Below are positions 12,032-21,349 of a stretch of 32,000 nucleotides of DNA, piece after piece; positions within the stretch are counted from its first letter, which is position 1; every line of letters begins with the position of its first letter. The notes below the pieces were generated by a model. It saw nothing but the letters and a program-made list of their open reading frames with translations. It made no database searches and had not been told where the DNA came from. The position numbers and the translations under genes were made by a program. This DNA is from Thalassospira marina (GTDB lineage: Bacteria; Pseudomonadota; Alphaproteobacteria; Rhodospirillales; Thalassospiraceae), in NCBI RefSeq assembly GCF_002844375.1, contig NZ_CP024199.1:1297815-1329814 (forward strand), read 5' to 3'.

Positions 12032-12430
12032 ATGTCTATGACTGATCCCGTAGGCGATATGCTCACGCGTATCCGCAACGGTCAGCGCGTTGGCAAGTCC
12101 AACGTTGTCTCGCCGGCTTCAAAGCTGCGCCTTGGCGTTCTGGATGTTCTCCAGCGCGAAGGGTTTATCCGTGGCTATTCTGTCAGTGAAATTCGCAAAG
12201 GCGTCAGCGAGATTGCCATTGAACTCAAATATTTTGAGGGCACTGGTGTAATCAAGCAGATCGACCGCGTCTCGACCCCGGGTCGTCGCGTATACTCGAA
12301 GATCAAAGATCTTCCCAAAGTATATAACGGCCTCGGTATCGCAGTTCTTTCTACCCCGAAGGGTGTTCTTTCGGACCAGGAAGCTCGCGAGCAAAATGTC
12401 GGCGGCGAAATCCTCTGCAAGGTATTCTAA
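12032..12430 (+). CDS. rpsH: 30S ribosomal protein S8
   Basis: [33 protein letters not shown]...[34 protein letters not shown]. Confidence 0.98.
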   Translation: MSMTDPVGDMLTRIRNGQRVGKSNVVSPASKLRLGVLDVLQREGFIRGYSVSEIRKGVSEIAIELKYFEGTGVIKQIDRVSTPGRRVYSKIKDLPKVYNGLGIAVLSTPKGVLSDQEAREQNVGGEILCKVF

Positions 12431-12444
12431 GGAGAGGGCCAACG

Positions 12445-12978
12445 ATGTCGCGAGTAGGAAAAAATCCGGTGGCCGTGCCTAGCGGCGTGTCCATCAACCT
12501 GACCGAAGCAGCAATCAGCGCAAAGGGCAAGCTCGGTGAGCTCTCCCTCAACCTGACCTCGGACGTAACCGTTACCCAGGAAGACAATCAGCTCTGGGTA
12601 AAGCCGAACAATGACAGCAAGCGCGCTCGCGCGCTTTGGGGTACCACCCGCGCCAATATCGCCAATCTGGTGGCAGGCGTGTCGGAAGGTTTCACCAAGA
12701 AGCTGGAAATTACCGGTGTTGGTTACCGTGCACAGGTGCAGGGCAACAAACTGGTTCTGCAGCTTGGTTTTTCACATGACGTAGAAATGGACATTCCGTC
12801 CGGTCTTTCTGTCGTCGCCGAAAAGCCGACCCTTATCGCCATTTCTGGCGCAGATAAACAGCTCGTTGGTCAGTTTGCGGCAAATGCCCGCGGCTGGCGC
12901 GGTCCGGAGCCTTACAAAGGCAAGGGTGTCCGTTACGAAGGCGAGTATATCTTGCGCAAAGAAGGCAAGAAGAAGTAA
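12445..12978 (+). CDS. rplF: 50S ribosomal protein L6
   Basis: [19 protein letters not shown]...[37 protein letters not shown]...[16 protein letters not shown]. Confidence 0.99.
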   Translation: MSRVGKNPVAVPSGVSINLTEAAISAKGKLGELSLNLTSDVTVTQEDNQLWVKPNNDSKRARALWGTTRANIANLVAGVSEGFTKKLEITGVGYRAQVQGNKLVLQLGFSHDVEMDIPSGLSVVAEKPTLIAISGADKQLVGQFAANARGWRGPEPYKGKGVRYEGEYILRKEGKKK

Positions 12979-12989
12979 GGACTGGCACG

Positions 12990-13337
12990 ATGAACAACGC
13001 GAGAAACCTTTTCGAACGTCGCAAACGCCGCGTTCGTTTTGCGATCCGCCAAAAAGCGGCCGGTCGCCCGCGCCTCAGCGTGCACCGTTCCAACGCACAT
13101 ATCTATGCTCAGATTATCGACGATCTCGCTGGCAAGACCATTGCCTCGGCTTCGTCTGCTGAGAATGGTGCGAAGGGCGGTAACGCCGAAGCTGCTGCGC
13201 TTGTCGGTAAAGCCATTGCCGAACGTGCTGTTGCCGCTGGTGTAAAAACGGTCGTTTTCGATCGTGGCGGGTATTTGTTCCATGGCCGGGTGAAAGCTCT
13301 GGCCGATGCCGCCCGTGAGGGCGGTCTGGACTTCTAA
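12990..13337 (+). CDS. rplR: 50S ribosomal protein L18
   Basis: [36 protein letters not shown]...[28 protein letters not shown]. Confidence 0.98.
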   Translation: MNNARNLFERRKRRVRFAIRQKAAGRPRLSVHRSNAHIYAQIIDDLAGKTIASASSAENGAKGGNAEAAALVGKAIAERAVAAGVKTVVFDRGGYLFHGRVKALADAAREGGLDF

Positions 13338-13348
13338 GGAGCACGACC

Positions 13349-13936
13349 ATGGCACGTAATCAAAATCAGCCGCAGCAGGCGCCGAAAAACCGTGAAGAGA
13401 CCGAACTCGTAGACAAGCTGGTTGGTATCAACCGCGTCGCGAAAGTGGTCAAAGGCGGTCGTCGCTTTGCTTTCTCCGCAATGGTTGTCGTTGGTGACCA
13501 GCGCGGTCGCGTCGGATACGGCACGGGTAAAGCCCGTGAAGTTCCGGAAGCGATCCGCAAGGCTACCGAAGCAGCCAAGCGCAACATGATCCGCGTTCCG
13601 TTGCGCGAAGGCCGTACCCTGCATCATGACATCAATGGTCATTTCGGTGCAGGTCGCGTTCTCCTTCGTTCGGCTCCGGCCGGTACCGGCATCATCGCCG
13701 GTGGTGCAATGCGCGCAGTGTTCGAAACGATGGGTGTTCAGGACGTGGTTGCCAAGTGCACCGGTTCGAACAACCCGCACAACGTCATCCGTGCAACCCT
13801 CGACGCTCTGGTCAATGGTGCTTCACCGCGCCAGGTAGCTGCCAAGCGCGGTCTGAAGGTTGGCGATATCGTTGCCCGTCGCGATAGCGGTTCTGCTGCA
13901 GCTAACGCTGCTGCTGCTGCCCTCGAAAAGGAGTAA
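13349..13936 (+). CDS. rpsE: 30S ribosomal protein S5
   Basis: [75 protein letters not shown]. Confidence 0.99.
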   Translation: MARNQNQPQQAPKNREETELVDKLVGINRVAKVVKGGRRFAFSAMVVVGDQRGRVGYGTGKAREVPEAIRKATEAAKRNMIRVPLREGRTLHHDINGHFGAGRVLLRSAPAGTGIIAGGAMRAVFETMGVQDVVAKCTGSNNPHNVIRATLDALVNGASPRQVAAKRGLKVGDIVARRDSGSAAANAAAAALEKE

Positions 13937-13942
13937 TCCGAT

Positions 13943-14137
13943 ATGGCTGCTAATAAAAAAGCGACCGTTCGCGTTACCCAGATCGGGTCGCCGATTGGCC
14001 GTCCGGACGATCAGCGTGCTACGCTGGTCGGTCTTGGTCTCAACAAGATGCACCGGACTCGTGAGCTGGAAGATACTCCGGCTGTTCGCGGAATGATCGC
14101 CAAGGTCAAGCACCTCGTCCGTGTGGACGAGGCCTGA
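13943..14137 (+). CDS. rpmD: 50S ribosomal protein L30
   Basis: [55 protein letters not shown]. Confidence 0.98.
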   Translation: MAANKKATVRVTQIGSPIGRPDDQRATLVGLGLNKMHRTRELEDTPAVRGMIAKVKHLVRVDEA

Positions 14138-14165
14138 TTGGCCCAGATCGAAAAGGTGTTGATTG

Positions 14166-14654
14166 ATGAAACTCAACGAACTTGCTGATAACCCGGGTGC
14201 CCGCAAAGCGCGTACCCGTGTTGGTCGCGGCATTGGTTCGGGCAAAGGCAAAACTTCTGGCGCAGGTCAGAAGGGTCAGAAGTCCCGTTCCGGCGTAGCG
14301 ATTTACGGTTTTGAAGGCGGGCAGATGCCGATCTATCGCCGTCTTCCGAAGCGTGGCTTTAAAAACCCGTTCCGCAAGGAATATGGCGTTGTGAACCTGG
14401 GTACCCTTCAGACTGCCGTTGATAACGGTGTTCTCGAAGAAGGTGCAAATGTCACCATCGCTCTCCTCGTGGAAAAAGGCCTGGCCCGTCCTCAGAAAGA
14501 CGGCCTGCGTCTGCTCGGTAAGGGCGAACTTAAGGCGAAACTCGCTATCGAAATCACCGGTGCTTCCAAGTCGGCTATCGAAGCCGTCGAAAAAGCTGGT
14601 GGCTCGGTAACGGTTCTTGCTCCGGCTGCTGCCGAAGAAGAAACCGCAGAGTAA
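14166..14654 (+). CDS. rplO: 50S ribosomal protein L15
   Basis: [65 protein letters not shown]; ATG at 14166 (ORF track starts at a preceding TTG). Confidence 0.98.
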   Translation: MKLNELADNPGARKARTRVGRGIGSGKGKTSGAGQKGQKSRSGVAIYGFEGGQMPIYRRLPKRGFKNPFRKEYGVVNLGTLQTAVDNGVLEEGANVTIALLVEKGLARPQKDGLRLLGKGELKAKLAIEITGASKSAIEAVEKAGGSVTVLAPAAAEEETAE

Positions 14655-14670
14655 GCCTCTGTAACGACGT

Positions 14671-14707
14671 GAGGGTCCGGTTCCATCTTGCATGGGCCCG
14701 GACCCTC
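14671..14707 (+). promoter_or_regulatory. rplO-secY intercistronic hairpin
   Basis: Perfect 10-bp stem GAGGGTCCGG (14671-14680) / CCGGACCCTC (14698-14707) with an inner CCAT (14683-14686) / ATGG (14692-14695) helix; followed by CGGTTTTAG. Confidence 0.6.
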
Positions 14708-14735
14708 CGGTTTTAGTGTATTGGGAGATGAGTGC

Positions 14736-16082
14736 ATGGCATCGGCCGCCGAGCAGCTTGCCGCGAACCTGAACTGGTCGTCTTTTTCCAAGGCGACTGA
14801 GCTTAAAAAGCGTATCTGGTTCACTTTGGGGGCGCTTATTGTTTACCGTCTGGGAACCTATATTCCCGTTCCTGGCGTGGATCCGTCCATTCTGGCCGAT
14901 ATTTTCCGGCAGAATGCGGGTGGTGTCCTTGGCATGTTCGACATGTTCGCAGGTGGCGCATTAAGCCGCATGACGATCTTTGCTCTGAACATCATGCCCT
15001 ACATCTCGGCTTCAATTATTATCCAGTTGATGACCACCGTTTCGCCCACTCTTGAGCAGTATAAAAAAGAGGGCGAGCAGGGTCGCAAAAAGATTAATCA
15101 ATATACCCGCTATCTTACGGTTGTTATTGCGACCGTTCAGGCATGGGGCATTGCTGTTGGTCTTGAAAGCATGTCGGGTTCTGCCGGCGCTGCCGTTCAT
15201 GATCCGGGCATGTTCTTCCGTCTTATTGCTGTTGTAACGCTGGTTGGCGGTACAATGTTCCTGATGTGGCTGGGCGAACAGGTGACCCAGCGTGGTATCG
15301 GTAACGGTATTTCGCTGATCATTTTCACCGGGATCGTTGCCAACCTGCCGCGTGCCATTGCCGGCACCCTGGAACTGGGCCGCACCGGTGCGCTTTCCGC
15401 GCTGGTCATCGTTGCAATCGTCGTGATGGCTGTTGCCGTTATCGCCTTCATCGTTTTCATGGAACGCGCACAGCGCCGGGTGCTTATTCAGTATCCGAAA
15501 CGCCAGGTTGGCATGAAGGTCATGGAAGGCCAGAGCTCGCATCTGCCGCTCAAGATCAACACCGCCGGTGTGATCCCGCCGATCTTTGCAAGCTCGCTTC
15601 TGCTGATGCCGCTTTCGGTTGCACAGTTCACTGCAGGTGCCGATGCGCCGGCATGGCTGACCAGTGTGACTGCCGTTCTGGGCCGTGGACAGCCGCTTTA
15701 TATCGCGCTTTACATCGCTCTGATCGTGTTCTTCTCGTTCTTCTATACCGCTGTTGTCTTCAATCCGGACGACACGGCCGACAATCTCAAGAAGCATGGT
15801 GGCTTCATTCCGGGCATCCGTCCGGGCAAGAACACCTCTGCCCATCTTGACTTTATTCTGACCCGCCTGACGGTTTTGGGTGCCGCGTATCTGGCTTTTG
15901 TGTGTATTCTGCCGGAATTGCTGATCGCGGAATGGTCGGTGCCATTCTACTTTGGTGGTACTAGCTTGCTGATCGTTGTCACGGTAACCATGGATACTGT
16001 TGCACAGATTCAGTCGCACATGCTGGCCCACCAGTATGAAGGCCTGATCAAGAAATCGAAACTGCGCGGACGCCGCCGCTAA
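14736..16082 (+). CDS. secY: Protein translocase subunit SecY
   Basis: 448 aa, multiple TM segments; ASAAEQLAANLNWSSFSKATELKKRIWFTLGALIVYRLGTYIPVPGVDP...FNMFAGGALSR-like motif, IRPGKNTSAHLDFILTRLT. Confidence 0.98.
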   Translation: MASAAEQLAANLNWSSFSKATELKKRIWFTLGALIVYRLGTYIPVPGVDPSILADIFRQNAGGVLGMFDMFAGGALSRMTIFALNIMPYISASIIIQLMTTVSPTLEQYKKEGEQGRKKINQYTRYLTVVIATVQAWGIAVGLESMSGSAGAAVHDPGMFFRLIAVVTLVGGTMFLMWLGEQVTQRGIGNGISLIIFTGIVANLPRAIAGTLELGRTGALSALVIVAIVVMAVAVIAFIVFMERAQRRVLIQYPKRQVGMKVMEGQSSHLPLKINTAGVIPPIFASSLLLMPLSVAQFTAGADAPAWLTSVTAVLGRGQPLYIALYIALIVFFSFFYTAVVFNPDDTADNLKKHGGFIPGIRPGKNTSAHLDFILTRLTVLGAAYLAFVCILPELLIAEWSVPFYFGGTSLLIVVTVTMDTVAQIQSHMLAHQYEGLIKKSKLRGRRR

Positions 16083-16114
16083 GACTGGCGCCGCGCGACT
16101 ATCAGGGGGTAACG

Positions 16115-16759
16115 ATGAACATTATCCTACTTGGCCCGCCCGGTGCCGGCAAAGGGACCCAGGCCAAGCGGCTTGAAACAGGTCGCGGGATGATTCAGCT
16201 TTCGACCGGCGACATGCTGCGTGCAGCAGCTGCCGCCGGTACCGAACTTGGCAAAAAGGCCAAGGAAGTCATGGATGCAGGCAAGCTTGTATCTGACGAT
16301 CTGATGATCGGTCTGATTTCCGAACGTCTTGACCAGGATGACACCAAAGGTGGTTTTATTCTGGACGGTTTTCCACGCACCACAGCCCAGGCGGAAGCCC
16401 TGGATGTGATGCTGGAACAAAAGGGCCTTGTTCTGGATTACGTGATTGAACTGCGTGTTGACGATGCTGCCCTTGTGCGCCGTGTTGTTGGCCGTTATAC
16501 CTGCGCCAAATGCGGCCAGGGTTATCACGACGAATTCCAGAAACCCAAGGTCGAAGGTGTTTGTGACGTATGTGGCAGCACCGAATTTAAACGTCGCGCA
16601 GACGACAACGCCGAAACGGTCACGTCCCGACTGGAAGCCTATCACAGGCAGACAGCACCTATCATTCCTTACTATGAAAAGGAAGGTAAGCTGAAAACAG
16701 TTGACGGCATGGCTGAAATCGACGAAGTTACGCGCGAGATTGAAGCCATCCTGGGGTAA
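16115..16759 (+). CDS. adk: Adenylate kinase (long form, Cys4 LID domain)
   Basis: MNIILLGPPGAGKGTQAKRLE; GFILDGFPRTTAQAEAL; LID domain CAKC...CDVC. Confidence 0.98.
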   Translation: MNIILLGPPGAGKGTQAKRLETGRGMIQLSTGDMLRAAAAAGTELGKKAKEVMDAGKLVSDDLMIGLISERLDQDDTKGGFILDGFPRTTAQAEALDVMLEQKGLVLDYVIELRVDDAALVRRVVGRYTCAKCGQGYHDEFQKPKVEGVCDVCGSTEFKRRADDNAETVTSRLEAYHRQTAPIIPYYEKEGKLKTVDGMAEIDEVTREIEAILG

Positions 16760-16786
16760 TTTCCCGGGCTGGTCGTTTATTGCTTT

Positions 16787-16810
16787 GCGGGTTGGCGCAT
16801 GCTGGCCCGC
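16787..16810 (+). promoter_or_regulatory. adk-rpsM intercistronic hairpin
   Basis: GCGGGTTGGC (16787-16796) GCAT GCTGGCCCGC (16801-16810): 10 consecutive pairs, 3 of them G-U, followed by TTTGC. Confidence 0.4.
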
Positions 16811-16880
16811 TTTGCATCTGCGATTGGCCCAAAAGGATCTGCCTTAGGGTTTGTTAATCAGGAAACAGGAGTCTCACACA

Positions 16881-17249
16881 GTGGCTCGTATTGCTGGCGT
16901 AAACATCCCGACCGCGAAGCGCGTCGAGATTGCGCTTACCTACATCACCGGTATTGGTCCGGCGAAAGCTAAAGAAATTTGCTCGAAAGTTGGCATCGAA
17001 TCGCACCTGCGTGTTCACCAGCTGAGCGACGACCAGGTTCTTCGTGTTCGCGAAGTCATCGACGCTGATTACGTCGTTGAAGGTGACCTGCGCCGTGAAG
17101 TCGCAATGAACATTAAGCGTCTGATGGATCTGGGCTGCTACCGCGGTCTGCGTCATCGTCGTGGTCTCCCGGTGCGCGGTCAGCGTACCCACACCAATGC
17201 CCGCACCCGTAAGGGCCCGGCTAAGCCGATTGCTGGCAAGAAGAAGTAA
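16881..17249 (+). CDS. rpsM: 30S ribosomal protein S13
   Basis: GTG start at 16881: (M)[25 protein letters not shown]...[29 protein letters not shown]. Confidence 0.97.
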   Translation: MARIAGVNIPTAKRVEIALTYITGIGPAKAKEICSKVGIESHLRVHQLSDDQVLRVREVIDADYVVEGDLRREVAMNIKRLMDLGCYRGLRHRRGLPVRGQRTHTNARTRKGPAKPIAGKKK

Positions 17250-17264
17250 GGTAGGGGAACGACA

Positions 17265-17657
17265 ATGGCAAAAGCACCTCAGACTCGTGTGCGTCGCCGC
17301 GAGCGTAAGAATATTACGAACGGCATTGCGCATGTGAATGCAACGTTCAACAACACCATGATCACCATCACCGACGTTCAGGGCAACACCATTGCCTGGT
17401 CGACTGCTGGTGGCATGGGTTTCCGTGGTTCGCGTAAATCCACGCCTTACGCAGCACAGATCGCTGCTGAAGACGCTGGCAAAAAAGCTGCTGAACACGG
17501 CATGAAAACTCTTGAAGTCGAAGTCAAAGGTCCGGGTTCAGGGCGTGAGTCGGCTTTGCGTGCACTGCAGGCAGTCGGCTTTACCATTACGTCGATCAAA
17601 GACGTAACGCCGATCCCGCACAATGGTTGCCGTCCGCGCAAGCGTCGTCGCGTCTAA
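17265..17657 (+). CDS. rpsK: 30S ribosomal protein S11
   Basis: [56 protein letters not shown]...[18 protein letters not shown]. Confidence 0.99.
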   Translation: MAKAPQTRVRRRERKNITNGIAHVNATFNNTMITITDVQGNTIAWSTAGGMGFRGSRKSTPYAAQIAAEDAGKKAAEHGMKTLEVEVKGPGSGRESALRALQAVGFTITSIKDVTPIPHNGCRPRKRRRV

Positions 17658-17687
17658 TCGCGCCGATCTGCGGACGACCCGCGTATT

Positions 17688-17707
17688 AGGCCCGGGCAAC
17701 CGGGCCT
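17688..17707 (+). promoter_or_regulatory. rpsK-rpoA intercistronic hairpin with GNRA-type tetraloop
   Basis: AGGCCCGG (17688-17695) GCAA CCGGGCCT (17700-17707), perfect 8-bp stem; no T tract follows. Confidence 0.55.
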
Positions 17708-17776
17708 GTTCGCGTTTCTCGTTGGGGTGAATTTCACCTCACATTACCCTAGGCTCCAGTTGCGAAGGTGGGTCTC

Positions 17777-18793
17777 GTGATTCAGAAGAACTGGCAGGAA
17801 CTGATTAAGCCGACGAAGCTTGATGTTACCCCGGGTACGGACGCCAGCCGCGTCGGTACGATCGTGGCTGAACCGCTGGAGCGCGGTTTTGGTCAGACCC
17901 TGGGCAACGCGCTGCGTCGCATTCTGCTGTCGTCACTCCAGGGTTCGGCAGTGACTGCAATCCAGATCGATGGCGTTTTGCACGAATTCTCGTCGATTCC
18001 GGGGGTCCGGGAAGATGTTACCGACATCATCCTGAACATCAAGACCCTGGGCGTGCGTATGCATGCTGAAGGTCCGAAGAAAATGACCCTGAAGGCGACC
18101 GGCCCTGGTGCCGTCACTGCAGGTCAGATTGAAACCGGTGCGGATATCGAAATCCTCAATCCGGGTCTTGAGCTGTGCCACCTTGATGATGGCGCCACGC
18201 TCAACATCGAATTCACCGTTGAAAACGGCAAGGGCTATGTTGCTGCGACTGCGCACCGCTCTGCCGATGCACCGATTGGTCTGATTCCGATCGATGCGAT
18301 TTTCAGCCCGATCCGCAAGGTCGCCTACAAGGTTGAAAACACCCGTGTTGGCCAGGATACCGACTTCGACAAACTGTCGATCACCGTTGAAACCAACGGT
18401 TCGGTTACGCCGGAAGACTCGGTTGCCCTTGCTGCGCGCATCCTGCAGGACCAGTTGTCGCTGTTCGTGAACTTCGAAGAACCCGAAGCGGTTGTCGAAG
18501 AGAAGAAAGAAGACGAACTGCCGTTCAATAAAAACCTGCTGCGCAAGGTTGACGAACTTGAACTGTCTGTTCGTTCGGCAAACTGCCTCAAGAACGACAA
18601 CATCATCTATATCGGTGACTTGGTTCAGAAGTCCGAAGCAGAAATGCTCCGTACCCCGAACTTCGGCCGTAAATCGCTCAACGAAATCAAAGACGTGCTG
18701 GCTCAGATGGGTCTGCATCTCGGGATGGAAGTTGGCGGTTGGCCGCCCGAAAACATCGAAGATCTGGCTCGCAAGTTCGAAGACCCGTTCTAA
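17777..18793 (+). CDS. rpoA: DNA-directed RNA polymerase subunit alpha
   Basis: GTG start: (M)[16 protein letters not shown]...[53 protein letters not shown]; [47 protein letters not shown]. Confidence 0.98.
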   Translation: MIQKNWQELIKPTKLDVTPGTDASRVGTIVAEPLERGFGQTLGNALRRILLSSLQGSAVTAIQIDGVLHEFSSIPGVREDVTDIILNIKTLGVRMHAEGPKKMTLKATGPGAVTAGQIETGADIEILNPGLELCHLDDGATLNIEFTVENGKGYVAATAHRSADAPIGLIPIDAIFSPIRKVAYKVENTRVGQDTDFDKLSITVETNGSVTPEDSVALAARILQDQLSLFVNFEEPEAVVEEKKEDELPFNKNLLRKVDELELSVRSANCLKNDNIIYIGDLVQKSEAEMLRTPNFGRKSLNEIKDVLAQMGLHLGMEVGGWPPENIEDLARKFEDPF

Positions 18794-18966
18794 GACGGGC
18801 CTTCGGCCTTCGGGTCGATATGGAACGCGTTCTGCGGTCCAGCACAGGGTGAATAACCCTGCCGGGCATAGTTGCCCACACCGTACGTGCATGACCTGGT
18901 TTCAGGGTGGCGTTACGGTTTCACAATCGGTTTCGCGCGCGAAGCCAAGCCAGAAGGAGAGTACCC

Positions 18967-19395
18967 ATGCGTCACGGTATGCACGGCCGTAAACTTAATC
19001 GGACGAAGTCCCATCGTAAGGCAATGTTTGCCAACATGGCTGTTTCGCTGATCACTCACGAACAGATCAAAACGACTCTTCCGAAGGCCAAAGATCTTCG
19101 CCCGTATGTCGAAAAACTGATTACGCTGGGCAAGCGGGGCGACCTGCATGCACGCCGTCAGGCACTTTCGACCCTGCGTGACGAAGCAGCTGTTTCCAAG
19201 CTGTTCGGTGATATCGCTGAACGCTACAAAGAACGCAGTGGTGGTTACACCCGTGTTCTTAAAGCTGGCTTCCGTTACGGCGATGCGGCTCCGGTAGCAC
19301 TGATCGAACTCGTCGATCGTGATCCGGAAGCAAAAGGTGCGGCTGACCGCGCCCGCCTCGAAGCAGAGGGCGAAGCCGAAGGTTCGGACGAATAA
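18967..19395 (+). CDS. rplQ: 50S ribosomal protein L17
   Basis: [65 protein letters not shown]; upstream AGAAGGAGA. Confidence 0.99.
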   Translation: MRHGMHGRKLNRTKSHRKAMFANMAVSLITHEQIKTTLPKAKDLRPYVEKLITLGKRGDLHARRQALSTLRDEAAVSKLFGDIAERYKERSGGYTRVLKAGFRYGDAAPVALIELVDRDPEAKGAADRARLEAEGEAEGSDE

Positions 19396-19421
19396 GTCCA
19401 ACGCCTTGGCCTAAGAAACGG

Positions 19422-19453
19422 ACGGGTGGTGCTTCGGCACCGCCCGTTTTTTT
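19422..19453 (+). terminator. Intrinsic terminator at the end of the ribosomal cluster
   Basis: ACGGGTGGTGC (19422-19432) TTCG GCACCGCCCGT (19437-19447), one G-U pair, then TTTTTTT. Confidence 0.95.
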
Positions 19454-19810
19454 ATGCCCGATTGGTGCCGGGCAGGGGGAGGCACCTGGTTGGTCGGCGG
19501 AACAGTTGAGAACGCGGGCGTGCATGAAGCCGGGATTTGGCGGTGTTTCAGGCTGTTTCCGATATGGCTTTTCCTGCCGGTTCCGGGGTTGTCTGATGTC
19601 GGTGGTTGCAGGCGCAGGGAATTGGGCCTAAATGTGTTGGGTCCCATGGTTTTCGACCCGTCCCTGTCCTTCCGGTGTGGTCCTTCATCGCGTCGCTTTC
19701 CCGCATGAATGAACACTAAATCCATAACATGCTGTCTTGCAGTTCAAACAACCGGTAAAATCGGCACGGCGGGGTGAAAACCACCCATCTCAAGCATGGA
19801 AGAGAGAAAC

Positions 19811-21253
19811 GTGCAGGCAAAAAAGATCGGAATGTTCGCACTGGTACTGTCAATGGGGATGGCAGTGCTGGCAGGGGGATTAAACCATCAGGCATCCGCA
19901 TCCGAGCGGCGATTGCCCACCAGCGATGCCGAAATAAAGATGTCGTTTTCACCGCTGGTCAAGCAGACAGCGCCAACGGTTGTGAACATCTTTACCAAAA
20001 AGGTCGTCACCTCGCGTCCGGCCAATCCTTTTATGAATGATCCGTTTTTCAACCAGTTCTTTGGCAACCGGTTTGGTGGCGCGTTCGGTGCGCCGCGCCA
20101 GCGTGTAGAGCGGTCTTTGGGGTCTGGCGTGATTGTTTCGCCCGATGGCACAATTGTTACCAACCGCCATGTTATTGACGGTGCCAGCGAAATTCGCGTG
20201 GTGCTGCATGACCGCCGCGAATTTGATGCAACCCTGGTGGGTGCCGATGAACGGACCGATCTTGCTGTTCTGAAATTGCAGGATGTCCATGATGCGTTGC
20301 CAACCCTGAAACTTGGCGATTCCGATGATGTGGAAGTTGGCGATCTGGTGCTGGCTATTGGTAACCCATTTGGGGTGGGGCAGACGGTTACCAGCGGGAT
20401 TGTATCGGCACTGGCGCGTGCAGGTGTGACCGGGCAGGATTATCAATCCTTCATTCAGACAGATGCGGCCATTAACCCCGGCAATTCCGGTGGTGCGCTG
20501 ATCGATATGAAAGGTGATCTTATTGGTGTGAACTCGGCGATTTTCACCAAATCGGGCGGGTCCAACGGCATCGGTTTTGCCATTCCCGTCAATATGGTCA
20601 AGGTCGTGATGCGTGGCCTGATCAGTGGTGATCTGCGCCGTCCGTGGCTTGGTGCCTCGGGGCAGACAGTAACTGCCGATCTGGCCCGCTCGCTTGATCT
20701 TGAACGCCCCGGTGGCGTGTTGATCAATGCGGTACATCCGCAAAGCCCGGCCAGCCGTGCAGGCCTTAAGGCCGGTGATGTTGTCGTGGCGGTTAACGGG
20801 CTTGAGGTGGATGACCCCAACAGCCTGCGTTTCCGTGTTGCGACACTGGAGCCAAGTGGCGACGCTGTACTGACGATTATCCGTAATGGCAGCAGCCAGG
20901 ATGTATCGGTCCCGCTGGAAGTGGCACCGGAAACCCCGGCACGGGAAGAAACCAGCATTGATGGCCGCAACCCGTTTGGCGGGGCCAAGGTTGCCAATGT
21001 AAATCCGGCATTGGCCGACGAACTGGGTATTGATACGCTGATTACTGGTGTGATCGTGCTGGATGTTCCAGGCAACAGCCTGGCGCGCCAGGCCCGCCTG
21101 AAACCGGGCGACCTGATTACCGAGATCAACAAAACCCGCATTGGCAGTGTCGCCGATTTGAAGGCTGCGTTGCGCAAGGGTGAAAAGGGCCGTAACTGGT
21201 CCATCGCGGTAAAGCGGGATGGTAAAATCCTGACCGCAGATTATACCCTGTAA
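19811..21253 (+). CDS. Do-like periplasmic serine endoprotease (DegP/DegQ/MucD family)
   Basis: N-terminal signal-like segment; trypsin-like triad motifs TNRHVID, TDLAVLK, NPGNSGGALIDMKGDLIGVN; two PDZ-like regions. GTG at 19811 preceded by GGAAGAGAG; in-frame ATG at 19796 is an alternative. Confidence 0.95.
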   Translation: MQAKKIGMFALVLSMGMAVLAGGLNHQASASERRLPTSDAEIKMSFSPLVKQTAPTVVNIFTKKVVTSRPANPFMNDPFFNQFFGNRFGGAFGAPRQRVERSLGSGVIVSPDGTIVTNRHVIDGASEIRVVLHDRREFDATLVGADERTDLAVLKLQDVHDALPTLKLGDSDDVEVGDLVLAIGNPFGVGQTVTSGIVSALARAGVTGQDYQSFIQTDAAINPGNSGGALIDMKGDLIGVNSAIFTKSGGSNGIGFAIPVNMVKVVMRGLISGDLRRPWLGASGQTVTADLARSLDLERPGGVLINAVHPQSPASRAGLKAGDVVVAVNGLEVDDPNSLRFRVATLEPSGDAVLTIIRNGSSQDVSVPLEVAPETPAREETSIDGRNPFGGAKVANVNPALADELGIDTLITGVIVLDVPGNSLARQARLKPGDLITEINKTRIGSVADLKAALRKGEKGRNWSIAVKRDGKILTADYTL

Positions 21254-21263
21254 CAGAACAATC

Positions 21264-21299
21264 GGGGTATTCCGGCGTTATAAGCCGCCGGAATACCCC
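21264..21299. repeat. Perfect 13-bp inverted repeat between the protease gene and rarA, possible bidirectional terminator
   Basis: GGGGTATTCCGGC (21264-21276) / GCCGGAATACCCC (21287-21299), 10-nt loop, no T tract. Confidence 0.6.
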
Positions 21300-21349
21300 A
21301 CAATCTGCTGTAATTGCAGATGACGGGTGCGAAAGGTTATAAGGCAGGC

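Noticed and set aside
19454-19708. 84-aa plus-strand ORF and 88/104-aa minus-strand ORFs downstream of rplQ
   Set aside because: Begin at or within the terminator, mutually overlapping, no RBS or domain, Arg/Pro/Trp-rich composition typical of random GC-rich translation.
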